A stretch of 64,000 bases of DNA from Fidelibacterota bacterium (GTDB taxonomy: Bacteria; Fidelibacterota; Marinisomatia; Marinisomatales; TCS55), in the NCBI GenBank assembly GCA_012964665.1, contig DTTO01000060.1, forward strand, positions 4,522 to 68,521, given 5' to 3'. The notes below the pieces were generated by a model, which searched no databases, was not told the origin of the DNA, and saw only the letters and a program-made list of their open reading frames with translations. The position numbers were made by a program, and so were the translations under genes. Positions 36,198 through 45,347 of this stretch are shown here, one piece after another (the stretch's first letter is position 1; the number at the start of each line of letters is the position of its first letter).

Positions 36198-37783
36198 TGC
36201 CACTATTAAAAATAGATGGTAAGGAAATTGAGATAAAAAGTGGTACCACAGTGCTGCAAGCAGCTGAAGCCAATGGTATTGAGATACCCTACTACTGTTA
36301 CCATCCTGCTCTGGAGATTGTGGGCAGTTGCCGCATGTGTTTAGTGCAGGTGGAGGGGATGCCCAAGTTGCAAGTATCATGCAACACTTTTGTTAGCGAT
36401 GTTTCTTCAGATCGTAAAGTAGATGGTAAGTATGATATGGTGGTGCATACACAGAATGATCTCGTTGTTCAAGAGAGAAAAAATATACTGGAATTCCTAC
36501 TTTTAAATCATCCACTTGATTGTTCCGTATGTGACCAGGCTGGTGAATGTTATCTTCAAGACTACTCTTTTAAATTTGGAAATGCTCATAGTCGATTTGA
36601 CGAAAATAAAAGGGTACGTCCAAATGAATTTCTAGGTTCCCAGATCGTTATTAATCATAACCGCTGTATTATGTGCAGCCAATGTGTCCGGTTTACGCAA
36701 GAGATTTCAGGTACCAGTGAATTATTTGTTGAAGCACGAGGATACAACTCAAAAATAGCAGTTCTGGAAGACAACCCCCTTGATAATCTTTTGGCCGGTA
36801 ATGTTGCGGATATTTGTCCGGTAGGTGCATTATTAAGTACTGACTACATCCATAAGAATCGTATCTGGAACCTGAAAAAGCAACCATCTGTATGTCAGGA
36901 TTGCAGTGTTGGGTGTAATGTTGATGTGTTTTCTCAAACAGATCAAATTTTACGATTAACAGCAAGAGAGAATCTTGATGTTAATGGTTACTTCATGTGT
37001 GATATTGGGCGATATGGTTTTCATCGTTATGAAGAAATCGATCGGGTTCTCCAGCCCATGGTTCGAAAGGGTGATTCATTTGTATCTGCCGATTGGGAAA
37101 CAGCGATTCAAAAAACAATTGATTTAATAAAGAAAAACAAAAGCAATACCGCTGGTATTGTGTCCCCCTTCCATACCAATGAATCGAATTTTTTACTTGG
37201 GCAAATATTTAAAGATGTTTTGGGCTCGCTCCCACCAATAACAGGTGAAGAGATCACTTACCCATCAGGATTTCGGATCAGTGCCGATCGTTCACCAAAT
37301 ACCAGGGGAATGAATGATATTTGCGAAGGAATAGTAGAAGACCTGGCAAGTAAAATTAAAACGCAGGATATTCGTACTTTATTTATTTTGGATGATGGTG
37401 TAGATAGGAAATTAGATGATAAGTGGAAAAAGATTATTGGGAAGATGGATTCTGTTATTGTCTTGAGCTATGCCATGACAGATTTGGCCAAGTTAGCCCA
37501 TGTTGTTCTGCCAGGACATGCACCATTGGAGCGGGAGGGGACCATTACTAATGACAAAGGCAGAATTCAATGGTTACGTCCATCCTTACCCGTAAAAGTC
37601 GAATCGAAGCCAGATTGGGAAATATTAATGTTGGTTAGAAATGCCCTCGATAAAAAGACAGAGCACTTTGTTGAACTAGGTGAAGTAATGAAAAAAATGG
37701 GTGAAAAATTTGAAAATTACGCTGGCATTACATTTTTCAAAGTTGGAAATCAAGGTTATTCAATAAACGGTAAAAGCAGTTGA
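36197..37783 (+). CDS. nuoG: NADH-quinone oxidoreductase subunit G (short form, 528 aa)
   Basis: 2Fe-2S CYHPALEIVGSCRMC, HPLDCSVCDQAGEC and CIMCSQCVRF. The molybdopterin-like C-terminal part is shorter than in enterobacterial NuoG. Confidence 0.9.
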   Translation: MPLLKIDGKEIEIKSGTTVLQAAEANGIEIPYYCYHPALEIVGSCRMCLVQVEGMPKLQVSCNTFVSDVSSDRKVDGKYDMVVHTQNDLVVQERKNILEFLLLNHPLDCSVCDQAGECYLQDYSFKFGNAHSRFDENKRVRPNEFLGSQIVINHNRCIMCSQCVRFTQEISGTSELFVEARGYNSKIAVLEDNPLDNLLAGNVADICPVGALLSTDYIHKNRIWNLKKQPSVCQDCSVGCNVDVFSQTDQILRLTARENLDVNGYFMCDIGRYGFHRYEEIDRVLQPMVRKGDSFVSADWETAIQKTIDLIKKNKSNTAGIVSPFHTNESNFLLGQIFKDVLGSLPPITGEEITYPSGFRISADRSPNTRGMNDICEGIVEDLASKIKTQDIRTLFILDDGVDRKLDDKWKKIIGKMDSVIVLSYAMTDLAKLAHVVLPGHAPLEREGTITNDKGRIQWLRPSLPVKVESKPDWEILMLVRNALDKKTEHFVELGEVMKKMGEKFENYAGITFFKVGNQGYSINGKSS

Positions 37784-38817
37784 TGGATTTATTAGGTTTT
37801 ACAATTATTCTTGTTAAAGTGTTGGTCGTATTTGCAGCTACCATGCTCGGTGTGCTTGTGATGATTTATGCGGAAAGGCGTGTTTCTGCTTTTATGCAAG
37901 ATAGAGTTGGTCCCAACCGTGTCGGACCCAAAGGAGTACTGCAGCCCATTGCGGACGGCATCAAATTTTTAATGAAGGAGGATTTAGTTCCAGAAAAAGT
38001 CGATAAACCTATTTTTATTCTTGCTCCTGCAATCCTTCTGATTCCAGCGCTAATGACCTTTGCAGTGATTCCATTTGGTTCTTCCATTAACCTTTTTGGA
38101 CGGGAGATCGCTCTTCAAGTAGCTGATGTAAACGTGGGTGTTTTGTATATCCTTGCGCTTACTAGTATTAGTGTTTATGGTATTGTGTTGGCAGGATGGT
38201 CTTCCAATAATAAATATTCTTTACTCGGAGGTTTACGTTCTTCTGCCCAGCTAATCAGTTATGAATTAGCGATGGGATTAGCAGTGGTTAGTATTATTCT
38301 CTTGGCGGGATCGTTGAGATTAAATGATATTATTACTGATCAGCAGGGTTCGTTTTTTTCTTGGAATATTTTTAGACAGCCGCTGGCTTTCCTCATATTT
38401 CTTATTGCCGTTTATGCCGAAACCAACCGATTGCCCTTTGATCTTTCAGAAGCAGAACAAGAATTGGTTGGTGGATACCACACCGAATACAGCAGCATGA
38501 AATTTGCCATGTTCTTTATGGCTGAATATGCCAATATGATTACAGCTGCAGCCCTAACTGTGACGCTGTTCTTCGGAGGTTGGGATGTTCCCTTATTAGA
38601 TGAAGGCTCTTTGGGTTTGTTTGGTACGTTGCTATCGGTACTGTCGTTTTTATTGAAAATGGCATTTTTTTTATTTCTGTTTATTTGGGTTCGGTGGACA
38701 TTCCCACGTTTTCGTTATGATCAGCTGATGCGACTTGGCTGGAAAGTGATGCTACCGTTAGCTCTTTTTAATATTTTCCTCACAGCCGGATATCTCACTT
38801 TAAAGGCATTAGGCTGA
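37780..38817 (+). CDS. nuoH: NADH-quinone oxidoreductase subunit H (operon 2)
   Basis: FMQDRVGPNRVGP and YAETNRLPFDLSEAEQELVGG. Confidence 0.93.
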   Translation: MMDLLGFTIILVKVLVVFAATMLGVLVMIYAERRVSAFMQDRVGPNRVGPKGVLQPIADGIKFLMKEDLVPEKVDKPIFILAPAILLIPALMTFAVIPFGSSINLFGREIALQVADVNVGVLYILALTSISVYGIVLAGWSSNNKYSLLGGLRSSAQLISYELAMGLAVVSIILLAGSLRLNDIITDQQGSFFSWNIFRQPLAFLIFLIAVYAETNRLPFDLSEAEQELVGGYHTEYSSMKFAMFFMAEYANMITAAALTVTLFFGGWDVPLLDEGSLGLFGTLLSVLSFLLKMAFFLFLFIWVRWTFPRFRYDQLMRLGWKVMLPLALFNIFLTAGYLTLKALG

Positions 38818-39353
38818 TGGCAACAATAGTCAAGTCTTACGAGCCTACTTTTTGGGATAAGTTGTACCTGCCGGCTTTGATGCGTGGACTAATTGTGACC
38901 TTTCGTCATTTTTTCCGTAAGAACGTCACCATCCAATATCCTGACCAAAAGCACATACCTCCCGAGGGATACAGGGGCTTGCATCGCTTAAATAAGTATC
39001 CGGAGGGTCGAATTAAATGTGTGGCCTGTGAAATGTGTTCTGCCGCATGTCCCGCAGACTGTATTCATATTATTCCAGGTCCTTCACCTTGGGATGGAGG
39101 AAAAGAAAGATACCCAGTACGGTTTGACATTGATTTGTTACGATGCATTTTCTGTGGTTTTTGCGAAATGGCCTGTCCAGAAGAAGCAATTGAGTTGACA
39201 GAGATTTATGATTTTTCCGATTATACACGGGATGATTTAGTTATTGATAAAGAAGGCCTTCTGGAAGTTTATGATCTAACCAAAGATCAAAACTATTACA
39301 CCAAAAAAAATCTAAGTAAAGCCTCTTCTGTCAATACATCTATAGATACCTAA
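38817..39353 (+). CDS. nuoI: NADH-quinone oxidoreductase subunit I (operon 2)
   Basis: CVACEMCSAACP and CIFCGFCEMACP ferredoxin motifs. Confidence 0.92.
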   Translation: MATIVKSYEPTFWDKLYLPALMRGLIVTFRHFFRKNVTIQYPDQKHIPPEGYRGLHRLNKYPEGRIKCVACEMCSAACPADCIHIIPGPSPWDGGKERYPVRFDIDLLRCIFCGFCEMACPEEAIELTEIYDFSDYTRDDLVIDKEGLLEVYDLTKDQNYYTKKNLSKASSVNTSIDT

Positions 39354-39365
39354 AAACATAAACTC

Positions 39366-39866
39366 ATGTCATTATCGCTATTATTTTACTGCGTAGCTGC
39401 AATTACAATTGGATCAGCTGTTTTTGTTGTATTGAATCGAAATGCCGTATACAGTGCTATTGCATTAGTCCTTTGCTTTTTTTCTTTGGCAGTTATTTAC
39501 CTTCTTTTGGAGGCATATGTTATCGCTGTATTAGAAATTTTTATTTATGCCGGTGCTATCATGGTGTTATTCCTTTTTGTGATCATGTTACTCAACCTGG
39601 GCAAGGAGGATGCCTTGCCAAACCTTAATTATTTACAGCGAGCTACATCGCTACTTTTGGTGCTTCTTTTCTTTGTTGGAATTTTTATAGTAATGATAGG
39701 TGATCAAGGATTATTGCATCAGCCGACTGAGCAATTTTTAGCTGGGGGAATTTATCCATTAGGAGAAGCGCTCTTTTCAAAATATTTATTACCTTTTGAA
39801 ATTGCTTCACTATTATTACTTGTTGCGTTAATTGGAACAGTCTATTTAGCGAAAAGAAAAGTATAA
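39366..39866 (+). CDS. nuoJ: NADH-quinone oxidoreductase subunit J (operon 2)
   Basis: 166-aa 5-TM protein in the J position. [14 protein letters not shown] and [12 protein letters not shown]. Confidence 0.85.
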   Translation: MSLSLLFYCVAAITIGSAVFVVLNRNAVYSAIALVLCFFSLAVIYLLLEAYVIAVLEIFIYAGAIMVLFLFVIMLLNLGKEDALPNLNYLQRATSLLLVLLFFVGIFIVMIGDQGLLHQPTEQFLAGGIYPLGEALFSKYLLPFEIASLLLLVALIGTVYLAKRKV

Positions 39867-40171
39867 TGATTGTGCCCCTTGAACATGTTGTTGTGTTGAG
39901 TTTGATCATTTTTTCCATTGGTGTTCTAGGCGTTTTATTTCGGCGTAATGCTATTACTATTTTTATGTCTATTGAACTTATGCTAAATGCGGTCAACCTA
40001 GCTCTGGTCGGTTTTTCTCGTTATTATAATAGTGTAGACGGCCAAGTCTTTGTCTTCCTTGTTATGACATTGGCTGCAGCTGAGGTAGCAGTAGGGCTGG
40101 CAATTATTATCGCTCTTTATCGGAATCGCCAGACGGTAAATATTGATGAAATTAATTTGATGAAGAATTAG
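39866..40171 (+). CDS. nuoK: NADH-quinone oxidoreductase subunit K (operon 2)
   Basis: 101 aa with 3 TM helices. [10 protein letters not shown] and [12 protein letters not shown]. Confidence 0.9.
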   Translation: MIVPLEHVVVLSLIIFSIGVLGVLFRRNAITIFMSIELMLNAVNLALVGFSRYYNSVDGQVFVFLVMTLAAAEVAVGLAIIIALYRNRQTVNIDEINLMKN

Positions 40172-40180
40172 AAAGTAATC

Positions 40181-41674
40181 GTGGACACTATTGTATCCAT
40201 AAAGCCTCTTCTGGCAGTTCTCGTCTCTTCTATAGGAGCCTTGTTTATAATTGGTACTGGGAAAAAACCAAACTTGAGGGAATCTTGGTCTATTATTGCA
40301 GGTGTTTTAAAACTTATAATTATTTTATCTATGATTCCGGCTGTTGTTTATGATAAAAAGATAATTTCCTATTCACTTTTTAATATTCTGCCTGGAATCG
40401 AGATTGGCTTTAGGGTTGATGCCTTTGGTCTATTATTCGCAATGGGTGCTTCCATACTTTGGATTGCAACTTCCTTTTATTCGATTGGATATATGCGATC
40501 GACCAATGAGCACTCGCAAACACGTTATTTTACCTGTTTTGCAGTAGCGCTTTCGGCCACAATAGGCGTTGCATTTTCAGCGAATCTCTTTACGATGTTT
40601 CTTTTCTATGAAGTTTTAACAATCATTACTTACCCATTAGTGGCGCACAAAGGTACTTCAGAAGCAAAAGCAGGTGGAAGGAAGTATGCCATTTATTTAC
40701 TTGGAGCAGCCAAAGCTTTCTTGGTCGCAGCTATCATCCTTACTTATAATCTGACAGGTACACTTGAGTTTTCCAAAGACGGAATTTTTCCTGCCATTAT
40801 TCAGTCAGCAAATCCTGAATTGCTTTATATTATTTTTATCCTTTTTCTTTTTGGATTTGCAAAGAGTGCTATCATGCCTTTGCACAGTTGGCTTCCAGCC
40901 GCGATGGTTGCTCCCACACCAGTCAGTGCACTGCTTCATGCTGTTGCCGTTGTCAAAACAGGAGTTTTTACTCTGCTTCGTGTTATATTTTTTGTTTTTG
41001 GCGCAGAATTGATGTTGGACATTGGTGTAGATGTGTTCATAATCACATTTGCATCGGTTACCATAATCGCTGCCTCTATTATTGCTCTGAGCATGGATAA
41101 CCTGAAGGCGCGGTTGGCTTTTTCGACAATCAGCCAACTTTCTTATATTATTTTGGGTGCTGCATTGCTTACACCAAGCGCAATGGTAGGAGGTATAATT
41201 CATATTACTAATCATGCCTTTTCAAAGATTACTCTCTTTTTCTGCGCTGGTTCAATTTATGTTTCATCCCATAAGACCGAAGTCAGCCAGCTAAGCGGGA
41301 TCGGGAAAAAAATGCCTTGGACAATGGCGGCCTTTGCTTTGGCCACTTTAAGCATGATTGGTGTTCCGCCTGCATCGGGATTTATTACAAAATGGTATCT
41401 TGTTATTGGTTCTCTGGAACGAAATAGTTTGGTTGTACTTACTGTATTGCTGGTAAGCTCGTTTTTGAATGCGGCATACTTTGTTCCAATTCTATATAAG
41501 GCGTTTTTCAAAAAAGAAAATTCAAATTCTGAAGAGGAAATTTCACTTCAAGATAAAAATTTAAAAGAGAATCCATTCCTGGTAGTTCCGCTAACGTTAA
41601 CTGCTATAGTAAGTGTTTTTCTGGGACTATACCCTGACTTTATTGTGCATATAGCTGAAATGGTGGTCAAGTGA
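40181..41674 (+). CDS. extra antiporter-like subunit: NuoL/MrpA-class core without lateral helix (annotatable as monovalent cation/H+ antiporter subunit D family)
   Basis: YSIGYM, FLFYEVLTIITYPLV, AKSAIMPLHSWLPAAMVAPTPVSALLHAVAVVKTGVF, NHAFSKITLFF and GFITKWY. 497 aa, ending soon after the core. GTG start 9 nt after the nuoK stop. Confidence 0.8.
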   Translation: MDTIVSIKPLLAVLVSSIGALFIIGTGKKPNLRESWSIIAGVLKLIIILSMIPAVVYDKKIISYSLFNILPGIEIGFRVDAFGLLFAMGASILWIATSFYSIGYMRSTNEHSQTRYFTCFAVALSATIGVAFSANLFTMFLFYEVLTIITYPLVAHKGTSEAKAGGRKYAIYLLGAAKAFLVAAIILTYNLTGTLEFSKDGIFPAIIQSANPELLYIIFILFLFGFAKSAIMPLHSWLPAAMVAPTPVSALLHAVAVVKTGVFTLLRVIFFVFGAELMLDIGVDVFIITFASVTIIAASIIALSMDNLKARLAFSTISQLSYIILGAALLTPSAMVGGIIHITNHAFSKITLFFCAGSIYVSSHKTEVSQLSGIGKKMPWTMAAFALATLSMIGVPPASGFITKWYLVIGSLERNSLVVLTVLLVSSFLNAAYFVPILYKAFFKKENSNSEEEISLQDKNLKENPFLVVPLTLTAIVSVFLGLYPDFIVHIAEMVVK

Positions 41675-41916
41675 AATTATTGGATCTAATACAATTTTTG
41701 AGCACAAAGACAGTTAAAAAAATTGCATACTCTGTGCTGGTGTTACTCATTGCAGTTGATTTTATTATCCCTCGCCATGAAATTCACTTTTTTGGAGATA
41801 AAATTCCCGGTTTCTGGTCTCTATTCGGTTTTATCGCCTGTGTATTAATTATTATCGTTTCCAAATGGATAGGCCATATGGGGCTTATGAAGGACGAGAA
41901 TTATTATGATAAGTGA
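41671..41916 (+). CDS. 81-aa two-TM membrane protein of unknown function embedded in complex I operon 2
   Basis: Hydrophobic helices IAYSVLVLLIAVDFII and FWSLFGFIACVLIIIV. GTGA overlap upstream and an 11-nt overlap downstream, indicating translational coupling. Confidence 0.6.
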   Translation: MKLLDLIQFLSTKTVKKIAYSVLVLLIAVDFIIPRHEIHFFGDKIPGFWSLFGFIACVLIIIVSKWIGHMGLMKDENYYDK

Positions 41917-43702
41917 AATTGCTAATATTCAATTTTTGCATCCTTCAGTATTTTATATCCTAGGAGGCCTATTAATTCCCTTTTTAAAGGGAAGAGTTAA
42001 GCAAGGCTATATGCTTTTTGTTTCTCTTTTGGCTTTTTTTGCGGTAGTCAATCTGCCGTACGGTACATTTGGTGCCTATGAATTCCTCAGCTGGAAATTG
42101 ACATTTTTAGAGGTGGATAAGCTGAGCAAAGTGTTTGCATATATATTCACAATAATGGGTGTTATCGGCGTAATATATTCTATCCATGTAAAGAATGACG
42201 GTGAGCATTTTTCTGCATTTTACTATGTTGGTGGATCTCTTGGAGTAATATTTGCAGGCGATTTCCTGACTTTATTCCTTTTCTGGGAAATGATGGCTTT
42301 TTCTTCTGTTTTTCTTATATGGTTTCGAAAATCAAAATCTTCTCTTGATTCTGGCTTTAGATATCTATTATGGCATGTTGCTGGTGGATTAATATTGTTG
42401 GCTGGAATCATGTTGCAGTACTCGGTAAGCGGTGATTTATCAGTCCAGTATTTACCCTTTCATGGTTGGTGGCCAACCGACTTACAAAGCCTGGCTTCAT
42501 TCCTTATTGTAATTGGGTTTATTGTAAATGCAGCCGTACCTCCATTTGGTGCGTGGCTTCCTGATGCCTATCCCGCTGCAACAGTTACAGGTGCAGTATT
42601 TATGAGTGCCTTCACGACGAAAACAGCCGTATATGCCCTGATCCGAGTATGTGCAGGTTCCGAAATGTTAATTGTTCTGGGTGTTGTTATGGCGATTTAC
42701 GGCGTTGTTTATGCGGTACTTGAAAACGATGCCCGCAGGCTTCTGGCATATCACATTATCAGCCAGGTGGGATATATGGTAGCTGGTGTTGGGCTGGGTA
42801 CCCCGATGGCAATAAACGGTGTTGTGGCTCATGCTTTTTGTCATATCTTATATAAGTCCCTTTTATTTATGGGTACCGGTTCTGTTTTATATGTCACAGG
42901 AACGGCAAAGTTGACGGAGCTTGGTGGTCTTTATAAGACCATGCCAAGAACAATGATTTATACTGTAATCGGTGGTCTTTCTATTTCTGCATTTCCTTTG
43001 TTTAGTGGTTTTGTGAGTAAATCCATGACAGTCACTGCTTTTGGTGAAGCGCATTTGACTTGGGCGTTTATGGCACTTATGCTCGCTTCTGCAGGGACAT
43101 TTTTACATACCGGTCTTAAGGTACCCTATTTTATCTGGTTTGGTAAAGATCAGGGTTTAAAAGCCAAAGAGCCACCGTGGAATATGGAATTAGCCATGGG
43201 AATAGGAGCGCTTTTTTGTATTGGACTCGGGATTTTTTATAAACCACTGTACGCCTTACTGCCGCATGCAGTCCATTTTGAGCCTTATACGGCATATCAT
43301 ACCTGGGAGACTTTGCAGGTATTGCTTTTTACACAGCTTGGCTTTTTCCTGCTACTTAAAAAGCTCTGGTGTGAAGACACCATCTCTCTGGATACAGACT
43401 GGTTTCCTCGCAAAGGAGCAAAAGCTTTCATGTGGATTACAAAACCGCTGGCAAAAATTGAGTACAAATTTGTTGGTGAGATTTATGAATTTATTATTCA
43501 AAAACCGATCATGGGCACAGCCAAGGTTTTTAAGATAATAGATACGGTTGTTGTGGATGGAGCGATGAATGGATTAGGAAAATTAACCCTAGCTTGGAGC
43601 CGAAAGATACAGAATGCTCAAAGTGGTCAAATTCAACATTATGCAATGTATATGGTCGCCGGTTTCATTGCCTTGATTATAGTTATTATGGTGTTACCGT
43701 AA
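41906..43702 (+). CDS. NuoL-position subunit: MrpD/NuoN-class antiporter core fused to a NuoL-type TM15/lateral helix/TM16 C-terminus
   Basis: AGDFLTLFLFWEMM, WLPDAYPAATVTGAVFMSAFTTKTAVYALIRV, AHAFCHILYKSLLF and GFVSKSM. C-terminus GEIYEFIIQKP...IDTVVVDGAMNGLG...AQSGQIQHY plus a terminal TM helix. 598 aa. Confidence 0.8.
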   Translation: MISEIANIQFLHPSVFYILGGLLIPFLKGRVKQGYMLFVSLLAFFAVVNLPYGTFGAYEFLSWKLTFLEVDKLSKVFAYIFTIMGVIGVIYSIHVKNDGEHFSAFYYVGGSLGVIFAGDFLTLFLFWEMMAFSSVFLIWFRKSKSSLDSGFRYLLWHVAGGLILLAGIMLQYSVSGDLSVQYLPFHGWWPTDLQSLASFLIVIGFIVNAAVPPFGAWLPDAYPAATVTGAVFMSAFTTKTAVYALIRVCAGSEMLIVLGVVMAIYGVVYAVLENDARRLLAYHIISQVGYMVAGVGLGTPMAINGVVAHAFCHILYKSLLFMGTGSVLYVTGTAKLTELGGLYKTMPRTMIYTVIGGLSISAFPLFSGFVSKSMTVTAFGEAHLTWAFMALMLASAGTFLHTGLKVPYFIWFGKDQGLKAKEPPWNMELAMGIGALFCIGLGIFYKPLYALLPHAVHFEPYTAYHTWETLQVLLFTQLGFFLLLKKLWCEDTISLDTDWFPRKGAKAFMWITKPLAKIEYKFVGEIYEFIIQKPIMGTAKVFKIIDTVVVDGAMNGLGKLTLAWSRKIQNAQSGQIQHYAMYMVAGFIALIIVIMVLP

Positions 43703-43712
43703 TTGGAGAAAT

Positions 43713-45278
43713 ATGGAAGATATTATTATTAATAATCTTGATTATCCAGTTCTGACGGTGAGCACTTTTCTGCCAATGGCGGGAGCCCTTATTATACTTT
43801 TCCTCAAAAGAGGGCCTTTCATCAAATGGTTTGCGCTGGCGACGACAGTTGCAACATTCATTGTTTCATTGCCTATTTATAAGCATTTCGATAAAACGAC
43901 TTATAAGATGCAGTTTGTCGAAATCTATTCTTGGATACCAACATGGAATATAAACTACAAGGTTGGTGTGGATGGTATTAGCGTATTATTTATAATTCTA
44001 GTCACAATTTTAAGCATTCTTTGTGTATCTGTTTCTTGGAAGGCGATCAAGGAAAAAACGAAAGAGTTTTACATTTCTCTATTAATAATGGAAACTGCGA
44101 TGATTGGGATTTTTGTATCATTGAATATGTTTCTTTTCTACCTTTTTTGGGAACTGACCCTCATTCCGATGTTTCTTTTGATAGGCGTGTGGGGAGGTCC
44201 ACAAAGGATATATGCCGCATTGAAGTTTGTCCTTTTTATGCTGGCTGGTAGTGTTCTGATGCTTGTGGGAATAATTGTGCTCTACTATGCAGGTGGGAAA
44301 ACCTTTGATATACTGGAACTTTCTAAAGTGAACTATCCCGCAGGAACACAACTATGGTTATTTCTGGCTTTTTTTGCCGCTTTTGCAGTTAAAATGCCCA
44401 TGTTTCCATTTCATACCTGGTTACCAGATGCTCATACAGAAGCGCCTACGGCCGGCAGTGTTATCCTGGCAGGTATTTTGCTTAAAATGGGTGCATACGG
44501 TTTTTTAAGGTTTTCTTTTCCCATGTTTCCCCATGCCGTAAATGTACTTTTTATACCATTACTTATTTTGTCTGTTACGGCGATTATATACGGTGCCTAT
44601 GTTACCTTGATGCAGAAAGATATGAAGAGATTGATCGCCTATTCTAGTGTCAGCCATATGGGCTTTGTAACACTTGGCCTTTTTACTTTAAATCAAAACG
44701 GAATTGAAGGTGGTATCCTTCAAATGATTAATCATGGTGTGATAACCGGTGCACTGTTTTTGTGTGTCGGAATGATTTATGAGAGAACGCATTCAAGGAT
44801 GATTGAAGACTATGGGGGGCTGTCAAAGACTGTTCCGGTCTTTATTGTATTTTTTTCGATTTTTACTTTGGCAGCGATCGGTCTCCCAGGTATGAATGCT
44901 TTTGTTGGGGAATTCCTTATTATTAGTGGTGCTTTTAAAGCCAATATGATTATTGCCGCCTTTTCCATTCTTGGTGTTGTTCTAGGTGCGTGTTATATGG
45001 TTTGGCTGTATTACCGAGTGGCTCTTAATGAAATAAATACAACTACACAATCCTCTCTTGTTGATTTGGATTTGCGGGAAATTGCCACCCTCGCACCTTT
45101 AGTTTTGCTTGTGTTAATAATTGGACTGCAACCGAACATTCTTTTGAGTTATATGCATGTATCAGTGGAACACCTGATTGAGCAACTGCATAACTCTATA
45201 ATACTTGAAAATATTAACGCTTATGACACTGTCAGCTCAATTGCTGAATATGTTAAGGCTTTATTCAAATGGGCCTGA
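43713..45278 (+). CDS. nuoM: NADH-quinone oxidoreductase subunit M (operon 2)
   Basis: YLFWELTLIPMFLLIGVWGGP and VKMPMFPFHTWLPDAHTEAPTAGSVILAGILLK. Confidence 0.92.
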   Translation: MEDIIINNLDYPVLTVSTFLPMAGALIILFLKRGPFIKWFALATTVATFIVSLPIYKHFDKTTYKMQFVEIYSWIPTWNINYKVGVDGISVLFIILVTILSILCVSVSWKAIKEKTKEFYISLLIMETAMIGIFVSLNMFLFYLFWELTLIPMFLLIGVWGGPQRIYAALKFVLFMLAGSVLMLVGIIVLYYAGGKTFDILELSKVNYPAGTQLWLFLAFFAAFAVKMPMFPFHTWLPDAHTEAPTAGSVILAGILLKMGAYGFLRFSFPMFPHAVNVLFIPLLILSVTAIIYGAYVTLMQKDMKRLIAYSSVSHMGFVTLGLFTLNQNGIEGGILQMINHGVITGALFLCVGMIYERTHSRMIEDYGGLSKTVPVFIVFFSIFTLAAIGLPGMNAFVGEFLIISGAFKANMIIAAFSILGVVLGACYMVWLYYRVALNEINTTTQSSLVDLDLREIATLAPLVLLVLIIGLQPNILLSYMHVSVEHLIEQLHNSIILENINAYDTVSSIAEYVKALFKWA

Positions 45279-45347
45279 CAAACTTATTCTATCATTTTTT
45301 AGGCATTATTTTAATGGTACTTAATTCGAAATGTGTCAGGTGATTTC

